In this document: piece by piece, positions 1 through 9,548 of the stretch | Numbering within the stretch: position 1 is the stretch's first letter | Layout of the letters: the number at the start of each line of letters is the position of its first letter | DNA from: an uncultured delta proteobacterium | Lineage (GTDB): Bacteria > Myxococcota_A > UBA9160 > SMWR01 | NCBI GenBank assembly: GCA_963832165.1 | Contig: CAWHTE010000001.1 | Coordinates: 352,001-416,000, forward strand | Direction of reading: 5' to 3' | Length of the DNA: 64,000 nt | Notes under the pieces: model-generated | Database searches by the model: none | Told to the model about the DNA's origin: nothing | Seen by the model: only the letters and a program-made list of their open reading frames with translations | Program-made: the position numbers and the translations under genes

Positions 1-432
1 GAACACGGCGCGGAAAAACCCTTGCGACGGACTCGGCGCCGTGCGCACGCGGTGCACCGCACTCCAGCGCGCATCCGAGTTAGACCCTCTCGAGAGCCGA
101 TATTCGTACGTGGTGTCGGGATCGAGCTCGCCGACCGCGCAGTGATAGATCCATCCGCCGCACCCGATCGCAGGCATGGCCTGCGCGGTGATTCTTCGCC
201 ATGTGTCCGCGCCGAGCGGTCGGATCTCGACGCTCGAAGCCGTGCGCGCTGCGCGCGCATTCCAACGGATCGCGAGGCTCCGTGCGGGATCGCCTGTCCA
301 CGACACGCGGATCTGCGACGGCTCGAGTGGACCTCGGCGGAGGAGTCGGCGCACGGGACGGAGTCGACGAACGGGCCACGCGATCAGCCGGCGAACCCGA
401 CGCCGCGAGAGGAGGGCACGGATAGACACCAT
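1..432 (-). CDS. N-terminal part of a purple-acid-phosphatase-type metallophosphoesterase (FN3-like N-domain); runs off the window edge
   Basis: Not in the ORF track. Hand translation from ATG 432 gives ...PSQIRVSWTGDPARSLAIRW...YHCAVGELDPDTTYEYRL...WSAVHRVRTAP...FFRAVF, the typical PAP N-terminal domain leading into the first catalytic strand. Confidence 0.7.
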   Translation of the reverse strand, partial: MVSIRALLSRRRVRRLIAWPVRRLRPVRRLLRRGPLEPSQIRVSWTGDPARSLAIRWNARAARTASSVEIRPLGADTWRRITAQAMPAIGCGGWIYHCAVGELDPDTTYEYRLSRGSNSDARWSAVHRVRTAPSPSQGFFRAVF

Positions 433-512
433 GTTCGATCTCTACAGGAGTTGTAGCTCCACTTCATCGAGCACGCGCTGGGTTGGCGGCGGGCAAATTT
501 TGCCGGCTGCGC

Positions 513-537
513 GGGGGTAGGATGGGGGTAGGATGGG
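513..537 (+). repeat. Tandem 11-mer GGGGGTAGGAT x2 plus GGG
   Basis: Directly visible in the intergenic gap. A near-palindrome GGCAAATTTTGCC lies just upstream (492-504). Confidence 0.6.
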
Positions 538-613
538 AATACCACTTCCGTCGAGAGCGAGAACCCGCGAGCGTGTCAGGAAGGGAAACCGAGCGCGCGG
601 CGTCGCTCGAGCC

Positions 614-3107
614 TCAGGTCCCGATCCGGATCAACCGCACGAGCGGAAGCTCCGGATCGCGTTCCTGGCGCAGATCGACTTCGCCGTGCAGCGCCCATAG
701 ATTGTCGCCGCTCGCGTCGACGAGCACCTGCGTCGCATCGAAGTGGCGCGGACCCGAGGCGCGCAGCGCCGTGTGGTGTGCGCGCCGCGCCTCGGGTGTA
801 AAGACGATCGTCTCCGTACTCCGCGTGAAACGGCGCGAGGGCCCGCTCGAAGCGAGCCGCGTCCCACGGATCCGCGGGATCCGGGTGCACCCAGCGCACG
901 GCCTCGTCGTAGTCGCGCGCGGCGAGCGCGCGCAAGAGCGAGAGCAGCTCGGAGCGCACTCGCGCGGTGAGCAGCCGCGGCTGCAGCGCGAGGTCGAAGC
1001 GGGGCAGGGCGGGCTGCTCCGGAGCCTCGGGCGCCGGCGCCACCAGGCTCTCCCACGCCTCGAGCAGGCTCGTGTCGACGCCCGCGATCGCCGCGCGCAG
1101 GAACGCGATCACGTCGTAGACGGCGTCGGTCTTCGCGGCCGCGGGCAGCGTCTTCACGAGCGTGTTGTGGACCTGCGACAGGTAGCGCAGGAGCAGCCCC
1201 TCGCTGCGCGCGAGCGAGAGCTCGGCCACGTAGTCCCGAAAGCCGAGATAGCGCTCGACCATCTCGCGCGCGATCGACTTCGGACGCACGTCGTCCTCGC
1301 GCGCCCACGGATGGTGCTGCGCGAACTCGCGGAACGTCTGGTGCAGGAACTCCTCTTCGGGCTTGGGATGGGTGACCTCATCGAGCCGGCGCATGCGCTC
1401 CTCGTACTCGACGCCCTCGGCCTTGAGCCGCGCGATCAGCTCGTCCTTCGCGCGCCGCGTCTGCTCGGCGAGGATCGGGCGCGGGTTCTCCTGCACCGCC
1501 TCGACCACCGACAGCACCTCGAGCGGATAGGCATCCGCGTCCGGGTCGAGCGCGGCAACCGCCTCGACGAGATAGAGCGAGAGTGTGTCGTGCAGCGCGA
1601 AATCGGTCTGCAGATCCTCCGAGACGCGCACTTCGCGGCTGCCGCCGCGCGCGCGAGACAGCTCGACCACCTCGGCCGAGACGAGCGAGCGGAACAGCGC
1701 GGCCGCGCGGCGGCGCTGGCGCGCCTTCGAGACGGCGCTCTCGTGCGAGCGGTTCACGAGCCGGATCACCGTGCCGTAGTCCGCTCCGCTCTCGCGCTGC
1801 AGCACGCCGAGGATCACGCCGTGCGAGACCTCGAAGTGCGAACGCAGCGCCTCGGGCGGGCGCGACACGAGCTGCTCGAACGTCTCGCGGCTCCACGGCA
1901 CGAAGTCGCGCGGCGGCCGCTTGCGCACGACGCGCTTCGCGCCGCTCTTCTGCTCGAGCCGACGGTTCTCGATCACATGCTCGGGCGCCTGGCATACTAC
2001 GCAGCCGCGGTCGTCGAAGCCCTTGCGGCCCGCGCGTCCGGCGATCTGGTGGAACTCGCGCGCGCGCAGGATGCCGACCTTCTCGCCGTCGAACTTCGAG
2101 AGCTTGTTCAGCACCACGGTGCGGATCGGCACGTTCACGCCGACGCCGAGCGTGTCGGTGCCGAAGATCACGCGCAAGAGCCCCTGCTGCGCGAGCCGCT
2201 CCACGAGCAGTCGATACTTGGGCAGCAGCCCCGCGTGGTGGATCCCGATGCCGTGATTCAGGAAGCGCTTCACGTCCTTTCCGTAGGCCGTATCGAAGCG
2301 CACGCTGCGAATCGCGTCTTGGATCGCGTCGCGCGCCTCTCGCGAGGCGAGCTTCGCGCTCGTGGCCCCCTGCGCGAGCTCGGCGCACTCGCGCTGCGTG
2401 AAGTTCACGACGTAGACCGGGGCGAGGTCTTGCTCGACGAGATCTTCCAGCGTCTCGTGCAGCGGCGTCTCGCGGTACTCGAAGTCGAGCGGGACCGGGC
2501 GCGTGTCGGAGTGCACGTGGACGACGCCGCGCTGGGTGAAGTCGGCGAGCCGCTCCTCGATCGCCGCGGTATTGCCGATCGTGGCCGACATCAAGAGGAA
2601 CTGGCTGTGGCGCAGCACGAGCAGCGGAATCTGCCAGGCCATGCCGCGCTCGCGGTCGTCGTAGTAGTGGAACTCGTCGAGCACGACGCACGGCGCGTCG
2701 GTCGTCTCACCGCCGCGCAGCGCCATGTTCGCGAGCACCTCGGTGGTGCAGCAGATCACGGGTGCGCCCGGGTTGATGCTCGCGTCGCCCGTCAGCATCC
2801 CGACGCGATCGGCGCCGAACTCCTCGCACAGCGCGAAGAACTTCTCGGAGACGAGCGCCTTCACGGGCGCGCAGTAGAACGATCGCTCGCCCGCGCACAG
2901 CGCGCGGAAGTGCAGCGCGATCGCCACGAGCGACTTCCCGGACCCGGTGGGCGTCGACAGCACGACGTGACGCCCGGCGAGCAGCTCGAGGATCGCCTCC
3001 TCCTGCTCCGGATAGAGCGAGAGGTCCTGATCCGCGACCCAGTCCACGAAGCGGTCGAGGATCTCCGCCGAATCGACGCCCGCAGCGATCCGATCGGCGA
3101 GACTCAC
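614..3107 (-). CDS. DEAD/DEAH-box (Ski2/HelY-like) helicase with DUF3516-type C-terminus; +1 frameshift near 813
   Basis: Motifs PTGSGKS, DEFH, MSAT, TDTLGVGVN, QIAGRAGR. GTG 3107 overlaps the upstream stop (GTGA). The family-like C-terminus (QVLVDASGDNLWALHGEVDL...RLIRIGT*) is in another frame, ending at TGA 614-616. Confidence 0.85.
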
Positions 3108-3994
3108 CGCCGGATCACGACCACGCGCCCGATCAGATCCGGCGGCGGCGCGACCTCCGCGCTCGCGAGCTCGATCCGCGCGCCGACGCCCTGCACGAGG
3201 CGCAGCCCCTCGCGCGTCGCGACGAAGCCCTTCGCGCGCAGCGCGCCGAGCCCGCGCAGCCGCGCCAGCACGTCCGCACAGGCGAGGCCCGCGGGCAGCA
3301 CGAGCTCTTCGGCGGCGAAGTGCGCGTGATCGTGCGCGGGCGTGCACGCACCCTCTGAGGAGTCGCGCCGCCGAGCTCGCAGCTGTGCGAGGTCGGGCGG
3401 AAACAAGAGCTCGGGTGCGATCTCCGCGCGCACGGTCGCGAACACGGGCGCGTCGGGCTCCCACGCCCGCAGCTGTGTCTCGAGCCCGGGCAGCGACGCC
3501 GCGGGCACGCGATCGATCTGATTCAGCAGCAGGAAGTCCGCCGACGAGACCTGTTGCGTGAAGGTGTCGTCGAGATCGCGCCCCGCCGCGAGCTGTTCCG
3601 CGTTCACCACGACCACGGCCACGTCGTCGGCGATCCAGCGCCGCACCGGATCGCGCCACAGCTGGAGCTGGGTCTCGAACGGCAGCGCGACCCCGGAAGT
3701 CTCGATGACGATCCGATCGGGCTGTGCTCGCTCGTACAGCGCTTCGAGCGTCTCCACGAGCGCGTCGGAGAGCTTGCAGCACACACAGCCGCCCGCGAGC
3801 TCGACGTAGTCCTCGCGCACGTCCGAGAGCAGCGCGGCGTCGATGCCGAGCTCGCCGAACTCGTTCGAGATCACCGCGACACGCGTGCCCGTGCGGCGCG
3901 CGTCGGCGAGCAGATGGCGCACGAGCGTGGTCTTGCCGCTGCCGAGGTAGCCCGAGGCGACGAGCACGGGAACCCTGCGAAACTTGCTGCTCAT
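3104..3994 (-). CDS. COG0523/CobW-family G3E GTPase (metal chaperone)
   Basis: Walker A GYLGSGKTT, NEFG, GCVCC, IETSG, short His patch HDHAH, C-terminal RAKGFV...LVQGVG. ATGA overlap with the upstream gene. Confidence 0.9.
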   Translation of the reverse strand: MSSKFRRVPVLVASGYLGSGKTTLVRHLLADARRTGTRVAVISNEFGELGIDAALLSDVREDYVELAGGCVCCKLSDALVETLEALYERAQPDRIVIETSGVALPFETQLQLWRDPVRRWIADDVAVVVVNAEQLAAGRDLDDTFTQQVSSADFLLLNQIDRVPAASLPGLETQLRAWEPDAPVFATVRAEIAPELLFPPDLAQLRARRRDSSEGACTPAHDHAHFAAEELVLPAGLACADVLARLRGLGALRAKGFVATREGLRLVQGVGARIELASAEVAPPPDLIGRVVVIRR

Positions 3995-4887
3995 GCGGCG
4001 TCGTCGAGCGGGCCGAGCTCCGGCAGCGGAGCGGCGCGCAGCTCGGCGTAGACGCCGAAGTGATCGCTCGGCCACACGCCGTCCTTCGGCTCGTTGCACA
4101 CCACGCGGCAGTGCGTGATCTGGCCGATCCCATCGCGCCTCGGGAAGCCTGCGAACACGTAGTCGATCCGGCGGTCGGGTGCGAGGTTGAGCCGCGCGTA
4201 GTCGTTCGCGTTCGACCAGGTGAGGCCGCTCGTGCCGTCCCCTGCGGTGCGCCACGCGTCGAGCATTGCCACGCTGCGCCCGCGCAGCGATTGCAGGCCC
4301 GTCACATAGCGGATCTCCGCCGATTCGGGCTCCGCGTTGAAGTCGCCGAGCAAGAGCGGTGGAAAGCCGCCGCGCCGCCGTCGCGCGAGCACGTGGTCAC
4401 ACGCGACCACCACCTGGCGCTCGCGCACCTCGGAGCGATCGAACTCCCAGTGCAGGTGGGTGCAGGTGACCGAGAACGGTCCGACCGGCTGCGGCGCGTT
4501 GATGCTCACGGAAAGCGCCGAGCGCGTCGCCTCGTCGCCGGCGTCGGGCAGCGGCAGCACGTCGCGTTCGGTGATCGGCCAGCGCGTTGCGATCGCGTTG
4601 CCGAACTCGGTGGCTTCGCGGGTTCCGGGCGCGCGCTTGGGATCGCGCCAGAACGGCGAGGCGCCCGCATACTCGACGTTGTAGACGGTTCCGTGCAGCA
4701 GCTCGGCCACCTGGTCGAACGTGGGCCCGCGCAGCGCCTCCTGGAAGCCGATCACGTCGGGATCGAGCGCCTCGATCCAATCGCGCACGAGCTCGCGTCG
4801 CGCGGCGTAGGGTCCCGAGTCGTGCCACAGGTTGAGCGTGAGCACGGAGACGACGTCGGGCGAGCGCAGGTGTGCGATCCGAGTCAC
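3991..4887 (-). CDS. Endonuclease/exonuclease/phosphatase (EEP) family protein
   Basis: Motifs TLNLW, FQE, THL, GDFNA, RIDYVF, SDHFGV. Confidence 0.9.
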   Translation of the reverse strand: MTRIAHLRSPDVVSVLTLNLWHDSGPYAARRELVRDWIEALDPDVIGFQEALRGPTFDQVAELLHGTVYNVEYAGASPFWRDPKRAPGTREATEFGNAIATRWPITERDVLPLPDAGDEATRSALSVSINAPQPVGPFSVTCTHLHWEFDRSEVRERQVVVACDHVLARRRRGGFPPLLLGDFNAEPESAEIRYVTGLQSLRGRSVAMLDAWRTAGDGTSGLTWSNANDYARLNLAPDRRIDYVFAGFPRRDGIGQITHCRVVCNEPKDGVWPSDHFGVYAELRAAPLPELGPLDDAA

Positions 4888-5858
4888 GCCGCGAGGCCGA
4901 GCGACGCGAGCGCCTCGAGCGCCGCGAGCCGCTCGTGCAGATCGGTGCCCGGCACCTGTGTGCGCGCGATCAGGTGCGTCATGCCGAGCTTCTCGCGGTG
5001 GCGCAGCACCTCGTCGCGCACGCGAGACGGTGAACCCAGGATCGCGAAGTCATCCGCGTCGGCGCCGCCGGAGCGGCGCAGCACCGCCGACGCGGAGCTA
5101 CCGAGTGCGAGCGCCTGGCGCTGGAGCGCGTCGCGCACGCGCGAGATCACCGCCGCGTCGGGATGCGCGAACACCGTGCGCATGATCGGCACGGCGAGGT
5201 CTGCTCCGTCGTGGCCGTGCAGCGCGAGCGTCTCGCGATGCATCGCGTAGTTCGCGACCAGCGCCGCCTCGCTCTCGATCGGTGAGGCGAGGTAGGGCAG
5301 CCCGAGCCGGCCGGCCTGCTCGAGGGCTTTCGGGCCGAAGGCCGCCACCCAGATCGGCGGATGCGGCACCTGGACGGGCCGCGGCGCGAGCACCGACGGC
5401 TCGCCGGGCAGATCGCTGTCGGGCGCCACGGGCCGACCCGCCCACGCATCGCGCATCGCTGCGAGCGCGGTCTCGAAGCGATCGCGTTTGGTGCTGCGAT
5501 CGACGTCGAACGCCGTGAACAGGGACTTCCGGAATCCGCGTCCGACTCCGAGGATCACGCGGCCGCCCGAGAGGCGATCGAGCACGGCCACCTCCTCCGC
5601 GACCTGGATCGGATGGCGGATCGGCAGCAGATAGGAGGTCGTGCCGAGCCGCAGCCGCGTCGTGCGCGACGCGATCGCCGCGAGCCACAAGAGCGGCTGC
5701 GGGATCGCGGCGGCGCCGCTGAAGTGTCCCTCGGGCAGCCAGAACGAGTGGAAGCCGAGCTGCTCGGCGCGCTCGGCCTGGGAACAGAGCGCCTCGGCAC
5801 CCGCCTGGGTGGGAAAATCCCAGGGCGTGATCCCGATTTCGAGCGCACCACCGTTCAC
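4884..5858 (-). CDS. LLM-class flavin-dependent oxidoreductase (luciferase-like)
   Basis: AEQLGFHSFWLPEGHF, LRLGT, HPIQVAEEVAVLDRLSGGRVILGVGRG, PRPVQVPHPPIWVAA. Confidence 0.9.
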   Translation of the reverse strand: MNGGALEIGITPWDFPTQAGAEALCSQAERAEQLGFHSFWLPEGHFSGAAAIPQPLLWLAAIASRTTRLRLGTTSYLLPIRHPIQVAEEVAVLDRLSGGRVILGVGRGFRKSLFTAFDVDRSTKRDRFETALAAMRDAWAGRPVAPDSDLPGEPSVLAPRPVQVPHPPIWVAAFGPKALEQAGRLGLPYLASPIESEAALVANYAMHRETLALHGHDGADLAVPIMRTVFAHPDAAVISRVRDALQRQALALGSSASAVLRRSGGADADDFAILGSPSRVRDEVLRHREKLGMTHLIARTQVPGTDLHERLAALEALASLGLAA

Positions 5859-5901
5859 CCCGTCAAGCTAGCCTTTCGCGCTTAATCCTGCGGAGGCTGT
5901 C

Positions 5902-8559
5902 GTGCGCGCGTTCTGGGTCAGCCACGCCCACTGGGATCGCGAGTGGTACCGCACGTTCCAGGCGTTTCGCGCGCGGCTCGTCGACGCGGTCGATGCGCTG
6001 CTCGAGCTGTGCGCGGCCGACCCGGACTACCGCTTCCTGCTCGACGGCCAGACGATCGCGGTCGAGGACTACCTGGCGCTGCGGCCGCAGCGTGGGGCAG
6101 AGCTTCGCAGCCTCGTCGAGGCGGGTCGCGTGACGATCGGCCCCTGGTACGTGCAGCCCGATTCGCTGCTGCCTGCGGGCGAATCGCACGTGCGCAACCT
6201 GCTCGAGGGTCGCAGCAGCGGCGAGGCGTTCGGCGGTGCGTCGCGGATCGGCTACACGCCCGACTCCTTCGGCCATCCCGCTCAGCTGCCGCAGATCCTC
6301 GTGGGCTTCGGCCTGCGCGCGTTCATCTACTGGCGCGGACACGGCGACGAGCTCGCAGATCTGCCGCCCGAATACGACTGGCAGTCGCCCGACGGCAGCG
6401 CGGTGCTCGCGTGCCATCTGCGCCAGGGTTATTTCAACGCCGCGAGCGACGCGCGCTCCGACGCCGACGAGACCGCTGCGGCGATCGCGAAACGCGCGCT
6501 CGAGCTCGCCACGCTGACGCGCTCGGGCGCGGTCCTGCTGCTCAACGGGATCGATCACGCGCCACCCGAGGCGCGTGCGCGCGACCTCGCGCAGCGCGTC
6601 GGGCGCGCGACCGGCTTCGCCGTGCAGCGCGCGCTGCTCGAGGATTTCGTCGCGGTGGTCGAGTCTGCGACGGGCGATCGCCCCACACACCGCGGCGAGC
6701 TCGTGGGTGCGCGCGTGGCGCCGCTCCTGTTCGGCGTGTGGTCGACGCGCAGCTGGATCAAGCTCGCGAACCGCGCCGCGGAGTGCGAGCTGCTGAGCTG
6801 GGCAGAGCCGTGGGCCGCGCTCGGCGCGCAGCTCGGCGCGTCCGACGAGCGCCCCGCGTTGCGCGCTGCGTGGCGCGAGCTGCTCGCGAACCAGGCACAC
6901 GACTCGATCTGCGGCTGCTCGCGCGACGAGGTGCACGAGCAGATGCGTGCGCGCTTCGACGCGGCGCACGAGCTCGCGCGCGAGACGTCCCGCCGCGCCC
7001 TCGAGCGCGTGGCCGGGCTCTCACCGCTGCGCCGCGGGAGCTGGAGCGACGAGCTCGATCTCGCGGTGTTCAATCCATCGCCGCACTTGCGCACCGACCG
7101 CGTGCGCTTCGCGGTCGATCCCCACCCGTTCGTGGTCCCCGCCGCGCGGCCCCAGGAGATGATGCACCCGGCGCTGTTGCGCGAGGCGGGTGCGGGATCG
7201 TACGAGGCCGACGGTGTGGCACTGCGTGCGACGGCGGCGCGTGAGCCCGGGCGGCTGTGCCTCGTGCCCGACCGCGCGCCGCCGGACCTCGAGCTCGTCG
7301 TGCGCGACGTTCCCGCGTTCGGGTGGAAGCGCGTGCGCGTTCGGCGCAGCGAGCGCGCGCAGCCCTGCGCGACCGTCGAGGTCGAGCCCGGCAGCCCCGC
7401 GGCGCAGATCGCGGGCGCGGGCCTGCGCGTCGCAGTGCGCGCCGATGGCAGCTTCGATCTCGAGCAAGGCGGGCGGCGCCATGCCGGTCTGCTCGCGTTG
7501 GAGGATCTCGGAGACCGCGGAGACAGCTATGACTTCGATCCGGTCGGGGAGAGCGACGCTGCGGTCGAACGCGTGCGGGTGGTGCGCGAGCAGCACCCGG
7601 CTGGCATCGCTCGGTTGCACATCGAGCGCGTGATCTCGGTGCCCGCGCGACTCGCATCGGATCGGCGCGCGCGCAGCGGCGAGCGCAGCGAGCTCCGGCT
7701 GGACACCGAGCTCTGTCTCGCCGAAGGCGTGCCGCGCGTCGACGTCGAGCTCCGGCTCGACAACACCGCACGGGATCACCGCCTGCGGCTGCTGTTCCCG
7801 CTCGGTACCGGGGTCGCGCATTGCGAAGCGGCCACCACGTTCGACGTGGTCGAGCGCGCGCCGGGCGCGCGTCGCGACACGCAAGGACGCGAAGCGTCCG
7901 CGCAGCGAGGCGCAGCCGAGCGAAGCGTGGGCCCCCGCGAAGGTTGGGTTCAGCGCGCGCCCACGACGTTCGTCCACCAGGGTTGGATCCACGCCGCCGG
8001 ACTCACGGTCGTGGCGCCGGGTCTGCCCGAAGCGGAGCTCTGCGCGACTCCAGCGGGTTCCGTGCTCGCGCTCACGCTCGTACGCGCGGTCGGCTACCTC
8101 TCGCGTTCGGATCTCGTGACGCGCCCGATCCTCGCGGGCCCGGGCACGTCGGTGCCGGGCGCGCAGTGCCAGGGCGAGCTGCGTGCGCGGCTCTCGCTGT
8201 TCGCGGGCCTCGATCCCGCGGCCGCACTCGACGCCGAGTGGGGCCTCTGCGCGGTCGAGGCAGGGCCGGCGGACGATGCGCTGTGGCCGGAGGGCACACC
8301 GCTGCTCGAGATCTCGCCGCGGCCGATCCTGCTCTCGGCATTGAAGCCCTCCGCGGGCGAGGGCGTCGTGCTGCGCGTGCTCAATCCGAGCGCGGACCGG
8401 CTCGACGCCGAGGTGCGCTTCGGCTTGCCCGTAGCGCGCGCGACGTTCGTGCACCTCGACGAGTCGCCCGCCGGCGGGGAGCCTGCGCGCGAGGGCGGGG
8501 CACTGCGCTTCCCGGTAGGTCCGCACGCGCTGCGTTCGCTGCGTGTGGTGTTTGGCTGA
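5902..8559 (+). CDS. Glycoside hydrolase family 38 (alpha-mannosidase / MngB-like)
   Basis: SHAHWDREWY, LLDGQ, IGPWYVQPD, PDSFGH, NGIDH, NQAHDSICGCS, DHRLR. Confidence 0.92.
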   Translation: MRAFWVSHAHWDREWYRTFQAFRARLVDAVDALLELCAADPDYRFLLDGQTIAVEDYLALRPQRGAELRSLVEAGRVTIGPWYVQPDSLLPAGESHVRNLLEGRSSGEAFGGASRIGYTPDSFGHPAQLPQILVGFGLRAFIYWRGHGDELADLPPEYDWQSPDGSAVLACHLRQGYFNAASDARSDADETAAAIAKRALELATLTRSGAVLLLNGIDHAPPEARARDLAQRVGRATGFAVQRALLEDFVAVVESATGDRPTHRGELVGARVAPLLFGVWSTRSWIKLANRAAECELLSWAEPWAALGAQLGASDERPALRAAWRELLANQAHDSICGCSRDEVHEQMRARFDAAHELARETSRRALERVAGLSPLRRGSWSDELDLAVFNPSPHLRTDRVRFAVDPHPFVVPAARPQEMMHPALLREAGAGSYEADGVALRATAAREPGRLCLVPDRAPPDLELVVRDVPAFGWKRVRVRRSERAQPCATVEVEPGSPAAQIAGAGLRVAVRADGSFDLEQGGRRHAGLLALEDLGDRGDSYDFDPVGESDAAVERVRVVREQHPAGIARLHIERVISVPARLASDRRARSGERSELRLDTELCLAEGVPRVDVELRLDNTARDHRLRLLFPLGTGVAHCEAATTFDVVERAPGARRDTQGREASAQRGAAERSVGPREGWVQRAPTTFVHQGWIHAAGLTVVAPGLPEAELCATPAGSVLALTLVRAVGYLSRSDLVTRPILAGPGTSVPGAQCQGELRARLSLFAGLDPAAALDAEWGLCAVEAGPADDALWPEGTPLLEISPRPILLSALKPSAGEGVVLRVLNPSADRLDAEVRFGLPVARATFVHLDESPAGGEPAREGGALRFPVGPHALRSLRVVFG
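7885..7927 (+). repeat. Array of GCGNAGC mini-hairpins embedded in-frame in the GH38 gene
   Basis: GGACGC-GAA-GCGTCC, CGC-GCA-GCG, GGC-GCA-GCC and GC-GAA-GC occur back to back and encode GREASAQRGAAERS. Confidence 0.55.
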
Positions 8560-8565
8560 TTCGCC

Positions 8566-9538
8566 CTACACCAACATCTTCACGCCGTGATCGGGGTCGC
8601 GCGTGCCGATCTCGAGCGCTGCGGCGCGCGTGTGTGCCTCGAGCGCGGGTCGCCCGGCCACTACGAGGCGGATCCTGCCGAGCGCGATCTTCGAGTTCAG
8701 GCAGTAGGTCATCGCACCGTCGGGGTTCTCGTAGTGGAGGCCGACGAAGTCCTCGGTGTCGGCGGAGAAGGTCCCCTGGATGCGCGCGTTCGCGTTCGCG
8801 GCGCGGAAGGACCAACCGCGCGGCTCGATCCGACCGCGCGCTCGCAACAGACTTCCCGGCAGCGTGAACGCGTGGCGTTCGCCCGCATGCTCCGCGATCA
8901 CGAGCGTGACGGGCGGCGAGAGCAGCGCTCCGAGCTTCACGCGGGCGGTGATCCCCTCCACGACCAGATCGTCCGCGCCGTCCCAGACGTTGCAGTGCAT
9001 CCACGCGTAGAGATGGGTGTGGCGCTGCCCCCAGTTGTGGCCCTGCATGCCGCGCCAGCCGTCGACCTCCACGCGGCGATCACCGACGCGGTAGTACCCC
9101 GTGAAGCGCAGATCCGGGTGCGGACTCACGATCTTCGAGTTGCCGGTGCCGTCGGAGTACAGCCGCTGCGGGCAGCGGTGCGAACGGCGCTGCATCGCCC
9201 GTGAACGCGAGGTCCCACTCGATCGGTCCACCGCTGCCCGTGAGCACACCGCGCGTGCGCGCAGGCGCGAGATGGACATCGGCGACGCGGATCGCGAGCG
9301 CCTCGCGCGAGAACGAGGCGCTCGTCCAGGGCACCACCCGCTTCGCCGCGCCGTGCCCGAGCTCGCGGTCGAACGCCACCGCCCACGCCTCCGCCACGGC
9401 GGGCTCGCCGAGCTTTCGCAGGATCGTCGCCTTGAGCCAGAGCGCGCGTTCTCCGCGCGCGTCGTTGAGCTTGATGAAGTGGCTCTCGACGTGTCCGCGC
9501 GGCGAGTCCGGGTCGAAGCGCGTGGCATTCCAGTTCAC
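8566..9538 (-). CDS. Hypothetical protein, tocopherol-cyclase/AttH-like beta-barrel; +1 frameshift near 9170
   Basis: The N-half (ORF 9080-9538: GHVESHFIKLND...IEWDLAF) joins the C-half in another frame (QRLY...PHPDLRFTG...GMQGHNWG...YAWMHCN...LEIG). The HNWG motif resembles that of tocopherol-cyclase-like proteins. Confidence 0.6.
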
Positions 9539-9548
9539 GCGTGACCGC

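Noticed and set aside
513..537. G-quadruplex
   Set aside because: Only three runs of three or more G, and such runs are common in GC-rich DNA.
483..3329. 948-aa plus-strand ORF and similar long ORFs (9201-11351, 20114-22228, 33276-35783, 54871-57477)
   Set aside because: Antisense shadows of genes with clear motifs. Long stop-free frames are expected at this GC content.
614..4887. Helicase plus nuclease as an anti-phage defence system
   Set aside because: Both look like common housekeeping families, with typical composition and no defence-island context.
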